Shown in pieces: positions 36,111 to 42,218 of a stretch of 42,218 nucleotides of DNA; positions within the stretch are counted from its first letter, which is position 1, and every line of letters starts with the position of its first letter. The DNA is taken from positions 54,368,704 to 54,410,921 of the forward strand of contig NC_068989.1 of the NCBI RefSeq assembly GCF_001194135.2, read 5' to 3'. A model generated the notes under the pieces. The model ran no database searches. It worked only from the letters and a program-made list of their open reading frames with translations, and was not told where the DNA came from. Made by a program: the position numbers and the translations under genes. This DNA comes from Octopus bimaculoides. Taxonomy: Eukaryota.

Positions 36111-36165
36111 TGTGTTCTTCACTGAGGAGACTAAAGGATTTCGAAACACCGTGGTTGACGATATT
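36111..36165 (+). ncRNA. Minimal type I hammerhead ribozyme-like motif (probable Penelope-like relic)
   Basis: TTCTTCA-CTGAGGA-G..C-GAAAC-ACCGTG-GTT-GACGAT. All invariant core positions are present; helices I-III are short and mismatched. Confidence 0.45.
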
Positions 36166-36924
36166 CTGAACGTGCTCTAAGTATATTTAACGCACAAGTC
36201 TGTTTAAGAAGTATCCCTGAGAAAGACATTATTGTTAGTGCAGTTCTACGTTTTTATATACATTACAAAATGTTACATGCATCGTTATTTTAGTCTAAAG
36301 TTATTTAAAGTACGTATGTTAATTCAAATAATGTTTCTACTCGTAATGAAGAAGGGTACGACCTGTTAAATGCCAACGATGGCTGGTACTAATTTTATCG
36401 GTCCTGAAAGAATGAATGACAAAATAATCTGCAACAGCACTACAGCTTTCGGCAAGCAAGAATTAAAATGCTAAAAGGCAGCGATGTTTGTGATGTGAGA
36501 ATGGGAAAAGGGGCAGATAAACTGCCATACTTAACCCATTACTTACCAGTGATCTCATATGAGATCACTTAAAAATTACAAATTTCGTAATTATCTGTCA
36601 ATATTTACACATATCTAACCTTTTTGCTATATCTACTAGGTATATTTCTCTGATATTCAAACGAGGTTTGATAATTTTTCACCCAATATCTCGCTTATTT
36701 TTATTTAAAATGTTATTTTGATCATTCCAGCGTGTTTCTAAGGCTGTTTTATGCTAGAAATCAAAGTTTCATTTAAAAAATTCCAGTTAATAGAATTATG
36801 GGAGGTAATGGGTTAAATAATATTAGGCAATTTTAAATATTTAAACTTGTCTGACGCCGCTGTGAAGAAAGAGGAATTATGGACATAAATTCTACGTTGT
36901 CTTCTCATTAATTAAGAGGGAAAA

Positions 36925-37190
36925 GCGGTAGCGGTGTGGTAGAAGCATCAGAGTGTCGGAGAAAATGCTTTCGATATGTGTCCTGGTCTTCAACGTTCGA
37001 AATTCAAATACTACCTTGGTTAAATTTGTCTTTCATCTCTTCAGGATCGATAAAATAAAATATAAATCAATAACTGAGGTTGATTCAATCAACTAAACCC
37101 TCTTCTAAAATCTGCTGGCTGAGTTTAAATCTCGCTGAGGTTAACTTTGTCTTATATCCTTCCAAAGATAATAAAAAATAAAGTACCTAT
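36925..37190 (+). mobile_element. Old group A SINE with a partial tandem duplication of its core
   Basis: AAATTCAAATAC..TCTTTCATCTCTTCAGGATCGATAAAATAAA, then GAGTTTAAATCTCGCTGAGGTTAACTTTGTCTTATATCC..AAAGTACC again. Confidence 0.65.
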
Positions 37191-37344
37191 AAAAGATAAA
37201 ATACACGATAAAAAGGGAGAGAGATGCACCAAGTGAGCTTTCGTGTGAATGGACACAGTTCGGGTTTTCAGAAATACAGGAATCTTTGTAGAAACAACAA
37301 AATTCATAGGTGGCTGCTCTAGAGACTGCTGCGGTGTAGTTGAA

Positions 37345-37558
37345 ACTTTTCAGAATCTTTAGCGTTCAGATTCGGACAAAATGCTTGGCAGTATTTCTTC
37401 CGGTTCTTTATGTACTGAGTTCAAATCCCGCCGAGTTCAGTTTTATCTTTCATCCTCACAGGGTGGTTAAAATAAAGTACCAGTCAAGTACTGGGGTTGA
37501 TGTAATCAACTTGCTCCTTCCCCTCAAAACCAGATTGCCTTGTACCAAAATTTGAACC
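37345..37558 (+). mobile_element. Group A SINE
   Basis: AAATGCTTGGCAGTATTTC..GAGTTCAAATCCCGCCGAG..AAAATAAAGTACCAGTCAAGTACTGGGGTTGATGTAATC..CCTTGTACCAAAATTTGAA. Confidence 0.85.
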
Positions 37559-37915
37559 ATTATATTATCTGAGTGGTTGTATTGTTGAAAGGGCCTCCGT
37601 TCCTGGACTGTGGAAGCTCCCGCAAACAGTTGATGACGTCATTGATGTCCTTGAACAGCTTTGTGATATCATCGGGTGGATGGACTGAAGGAAGTGGTTA
37701 ACCCGTAACCAAGGTAAGTAGACACAATACGGAATGTGAGAGGAATATCATGCTGGGATTGGAGCTATTTCACCATGGTTGTCAGTTTCCATTACTCACT
37801 ACAGGAATGGTTAAGTGATAAATAATAACGTATTGACTTCAGTTGTATGAGACATGATTATATAAAGAGGAGACAGATGGTATACATTATATACATTATG
37901 CTTTTGTCTACTCGT

Positions 37916-37951
<36 letters not shown>

Positions 37952-38117
37952 GCAAACATGCATACACACACATACAAAAATAAGGACACTTGCACAAAAA
38001 CACTCAAGCATAATGAATTATGTAAAATGATTGGCCAATAGATTAAATAATACTCCGAACTTGTTACTCCAAAATACATAGAGGCACAAATATTTACACA
38101 CACGAGTATTCACACTC

Positions 38118-38190
<73 letters not shown>

Positions 38191-38200
38191 NNNNNNNNNN

Positions 38201-38235
<35 letters not shown>

Positions 38236-38847
38236 CTGTGTACATACATACATACATACATACATACGTACACATGCATATATACAATGAGAGAAAGATT
38301 GATTAATTATCTTAACCTTTCTGAAACCGAATAAATATTCTGTACACAAATGCATATATTCACACTCATGTATACATATATATATATATATGTATGTATA
38401 TATAACATGAGAAATGTAAACGGAGCAGAATATTCTGCTAACAAATACTGTATTGTTTGTTTCAAATAAGTCTTTCTGCTTGTCTGACTGCCTGCCAGTG
38501 TGTCACGATTACGCAGACATATTTCTAGACTGAAAGTATTATAACCAACTCAGTCTCGTTATTGGTAACCTTTAAAATATATAACTGGTAGTTAAATATA
38601 TAACTCGAAATCTTATAATATAATAGCTTCGAAAACTTGATTATTCGAAGTCACAGAAAATTAACATGACTATTAGTTAATTTTCTATAAATATATCTTT
38701 GCTGCTTTTGCCCTACCACAAGTAAGTTGTTAGACCTCGTAGGAAGGAATATATCTACTTGACAAATGAAGATTAATTATTTTTGGTTTCGTTTGGTTCC
38801 CATACATAACGAGGCGTGCATTGTCTATTTGCCATTCTGGCAGATTG

Positions 38848-38984
38848 TATATGTATGTATGTATGTATGCATGTATGTATGTATGCATGTATGTATGCAT
38901 GTATGTATGTATGTATGTATGCATGTATGTATGAATGTATGTATGTATGTATGTATGTATGTATGTATGTATGTATGTATGTAT
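38848..38984. repeat. (TATG)n microsatellite with TGCA variants
   Basis: Read directly. Confidence 0.95.
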
Positions 38985-38989
38985 CCATA

Positions 38990-39130
38990 TTTGTCGCTTC
39001 CCTGAAGAAAGGCTCTTTCCGAAACGTTGGGTTTTCTATCCCTACAGTTCAGTGTATTCTTTTTTTCAAGGAGTGACTTATTAATAAAACGTAACATATA
39101 TATGTGTTTTTCTGATTGAATAAATTGTTA
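38990..39130 (+). mobile_element. Penelope-like terminal fragment with a decayed hammerhead core
   Basis: CCTGAAGAAAGGCTCTTTCCGAAACGTTGG followed by a T-rich tail containing AATAAA. Confidence 0.45.
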
Positions 39131-39337
39131 AGCAACACTTGAAGTTCCGCTCGACACAGACTTTAACGTAAACTTGATACTACTCTCAGTATTAAATTAT
39201 CCCATTCGTAAATGTCCTGTGATTGTTCTTAGACTAGATTTTATATAGTCATTTCAATTTAATCCCCTCCATACACACATACACACACATACACACACAC
39301 ATACACACACACATACACACACATACAAGTACATATA

Positions 39338-39750
39338 CAGCGTGCGAGGGGTATTTGAGGACACTTAATAGTCAATATATTAGTCTATTCAAACCAATTA
39401 TTAGGGTTTTATTTTTTCGCAGATTCCTAACTGCGGAAAAATAGTAACTCATGAAGTGGAAAAGCATGTAGTCATTATTGTGATATGTGCGGAACCCAAC
39501 AATTTAAAAACAGCCAACTTTCTTAATGATGCAAGTTTTTTTTTTTTATACGCAAGCTTCAGATGATATTGTAAAATTCTAGCGGGGAATGTTTCAGATG
39601 TATCAAAAAAGAAAAAAAAAAAACAAGAAAACATTAAACATTCGGTCACTGTAAGGACACCGCAATTCATTCATCGGGTCCAAAATGGATGACGATTCCG
39701 GAAAATCGATGCGGGCCATCACCAAAGAACTTGTGCACAACTTTTCATCA
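39338..39750 (+). mobile_element. 5' fragment of the DD37D element family at 29486
   Basis: TA-CAGCGTGCGAGGGGTATTTGAGGACA matches the 29486 TIR. Decayed EVEKHVVII..NVSDVSKK..VRTPQFIHRVQ..GKSMRAITKEL aligns to the N-terminus. Confidence 0.8.
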
Positions 39751-40399
39751 AAATCTGATTTCTAGGATGGCAAAAGTATTTCATTTTGGACCCATAATAT
39801 GCTACTAAGTATATTATAAGCTTACCAAGTCAATGCTGTGTCTTACTGTGTGTTAACAGTGCCAGCAATTAAATATATGTACCAGTTGTTATGAATATGT
39901 GTAATATGCAAATTGTTCTATCCGATTATGTTATACCACTAAACGAAATGGTTATTTAAGCAATATATTTGTGGATAGTTGATAAGTCAAATGAAGCGCT
40001 GATGAAAGGACAATGGTCCTTGAAATATGCATGTACATCCACTACCTATTTTTTCTATTTCCGATAGCATTATTTACTTTTGCCATTTCTATAAAGAAAT
40101 TATGGAAGTAACCTTAAAAGTTTTATTAAAATATACCTGGCTTTTGCTAGATTTTACTAAATTGTTTTACTAAATTACCAAATATTTTCTGAAATAGCTC
40201 TCGCACCATCTATATATGCTGGGCTCTCCTGTCGATTTCCCCGCACGAACATCCAGTTGTTCCGTGAACTAACCAACCTAATCAAATAATTAACGTATTC
40301 CGCAAACATGTTAGTCTTAACGAAATTCCTAGGTAGAATCAGTATGACAGTGTGTGACAAAGTTGAACCTTATCACAAACGCTCGCTTCTACGCACTTT

Positions 40400-40545
40400 C
40401 CAGTTACAAAGTTTCACTTACACGACTTGCCTTGTCCGGGGACTTTCATAACGACACTTATCCAAAATGCCACGCACTGGTATCGAACCTCTAACCTTAT
40501 GGCTTTGAAGCTAACATATTAACTATTCAGGCATGCTTGTATACA
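40400..40545 (-). mobile_element. Highly decayed SINE head and core (group B-like)
   Basis: GACACTTATCCAAAATGCCACGCACTGGTATCGAACC resembles GACACTTGCCCAAGGTGCCACGCAGTGGGACTGAACC. Confidence 0.55.
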
Positions 40546-40562
40546 TCATGTTATACTTTTAA

Positions 40563-40785
40563 GGCGGCAAGCCGGCCGAATCGTTAGCACGCAGGGCGAA
40601 ATGCTTAGCGGTATTTCATCTATCTTTACGTTCTGAGTTCAAATTCCACCAAGGTCGACTTTACCTTTTATCCTTTCGGGCTCGATAAATTAAGTACCAG
40701 TTGCGTACTGGGATCGATCTAATCGAATGGCCTTCCCCCCCCCCCGACAAATTTCAGGCCTTGTGCTTATAGTAGAAATGATTAT
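40563..40785 (+). mobile_element. Group A SINE, full length
   Basis: GGCGGCAAGCCGGCCGAATCGTTAGCACG head to GGCCTTGTGCTTATAGTAGAAATG tail. Confidence 0.92.
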
Positions 40786-41165
40786 GTTATACCTTTGTGT
40801 GAGATGTGTGTGTGTGTTTGTGTGTGTGTGTATGCGTGCACACATGCTAGTGTCTACGTAGATGTAGGGATGAACATATGTATGTCAGTGCGTGTGTGTT
40901 CTTATTTCTATTTTTGTGTGTCACTCTCTCTCTCCCTATAACTCTTTATTTTTGTTTCCATCTCTCTTTCTCTCTATCAATCCCTTCCTCTTTGAACACT
41001 TACTCTCCCTCTATTTTATTCACTCTCTGCCTTCCTCTCTCTCTCCCTCTATCTCACTTTCCCTCTCTGTGTGTGTATATCTATCTATCTATCTATCTAT
41101 CTACCTATCTATCTCTCTCTCTCTCTCTATATANNNNNNNNNNNNNNNNNNNNNNNNNNNNNNNN

Positions 41166-41228
<63 letters not shown>

Positions 41229-41302
41229 ATATTAATACATATATGTATACACACATACATACACATATATACATATACAAATACACATGCATTCACACGC
41301 AT

Positions 41303-41353
<51 letters not shown>

Positions 41354-41413
41354 ATATACATACACATATGCATATATACATATAAACATATATATACACA
41401 CATATATATATAA

Positions 41414-41487
41414 CCCCTCCTTTCCCCCGACTGACCCTATACTCCCCTTCTTTCCCCCTGACAGGCCCTATACTCCCCTCTCGCCCC
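41414..41487 (-). other. Eight evenly spaced G-tracts (putative tandem G-quadruplex; i-motif on the + strand)
   Basis: Plus-strand C3-5 tracts start at 41414, 41424, 41435, 41444, 41454, 41466, 41475 and 41484, with loops of 5-7 nt. Confidence 0.75.
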
Positions 41488-41942
41488 ATAATTTTCCGTT
41501 CTCTTTCCAAAAACACTATCCATCAATTCGATCGCCTCCCTCCGTATGTTACATAGACGTACGACATCTTTGAATTATGGCGACTAATCGAAGGAAACCT
41601 TACGGCTGTTGTCGTTGAGCTTGTTGCCGCCGTTATCGCTCGTTATAGTCAGGATATGTAGATGTTGCCTTTATTGTTATCCACGTTGTTGTTCTTGGTG
41701 TATTCTGGCCAGTATGCCACTGTCTGAAAGGGCAGTTATGGCCATTCTATTGATCCATATCAAAGCCATTGTTTGCAGCTGGGTCACTAAACGCCTCCGC
41801 CCACTCCGTAACCTGCCTCGCTACCAAACAGACCTTCTTTAATTTTCCGCCTGTTCAATGAATCAGCAGTACCGGTCACTTACAAAGCGCCATTTTTCAA
41901 TTCTTCGAGTGCACACACATACACACATATTTATGTCTGTCT

Positions 41943-41951
41943 GGCTGGCTG

Positions 41952-41992
<41 letters not shown>

Positions 41993-42100
41993 TTGTCCGT
42001 CCGTCCATCTGTCTGTCTATCTGTCTATCTGTCTGTTTGTCTGTTTGTCTGTCTTTCTGTCTCCTGTATGTATGTATGTATGTATGTATGTATGCATGTA
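41943..42100. repeat. (CTGG)n, (CTGT)n, (TATG)n compound tetranucleotide array
   Basis: Read directly. Confidence 0.95.
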
Positions 42101-42101
42101 T

Positions 42102-42218
42102 TCCTTTAATCTTTTATTTGTTTCAGTCATTTGACTGCGGCGATGCTGGAGCACCGCCTTTAGTCGAACAAATCGACCCCAGGACTTATTCTTTGTAAGT
42201 CCAGTACTTACACTATCG
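42102..42218 (-). mobile_element. Group B SINE 3' end, cut by the window edge
   Basis: TTTCAGTCATTTGACTGCGGCGATGCTGGAGCACCGCCTTTAGTCGAACAAATCGACCCCAGG. Confidence 0.92.

Overview
AT-rich, microsatellite-saturated eukaryotic DNA with about 14 assembly gaps. The repeat families point to a coleoid cephalopod, most likely Octopus (inferred from recalled SINE sequences, not from a search). I find no intact host gene, no real tRNA/rRNA gene and no CRISPR array. Nearly all ORFs in the supplied track are translated microsatellites or N-runs. What can be supported is a transposon graveyard. It holds DD37D (maT-type) Tc1/mariner elements: one near full-length copy, two copies sharing one internal deletion, and a 5' fragment. 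It also holds mariner-derived and unclassified TA-flanked MITEs, the 3' end of a hAT element, an R4/Dong-type restriction-like-endonuclease LINE remnant and an RTE LINE 3' remnant. There are more than 25 tRNA-derived SINE copies in three modular groups, which I label A, B and C, and several Penelope-like termini carrying hammerhead-ribozyme-like cores. The most interesting signals are these hammerhead-like motifs (one keeps every core nucleotide), a triple-nested SINE/SINE/MITE, a mirror-symmetric SINE arrangement able to fold into long dsRNA, a regular 8-tract G-quadruplex array, and three CpG-rich promoter-like islands with no visible gene. None of these is established as a new biological system; they are leads.
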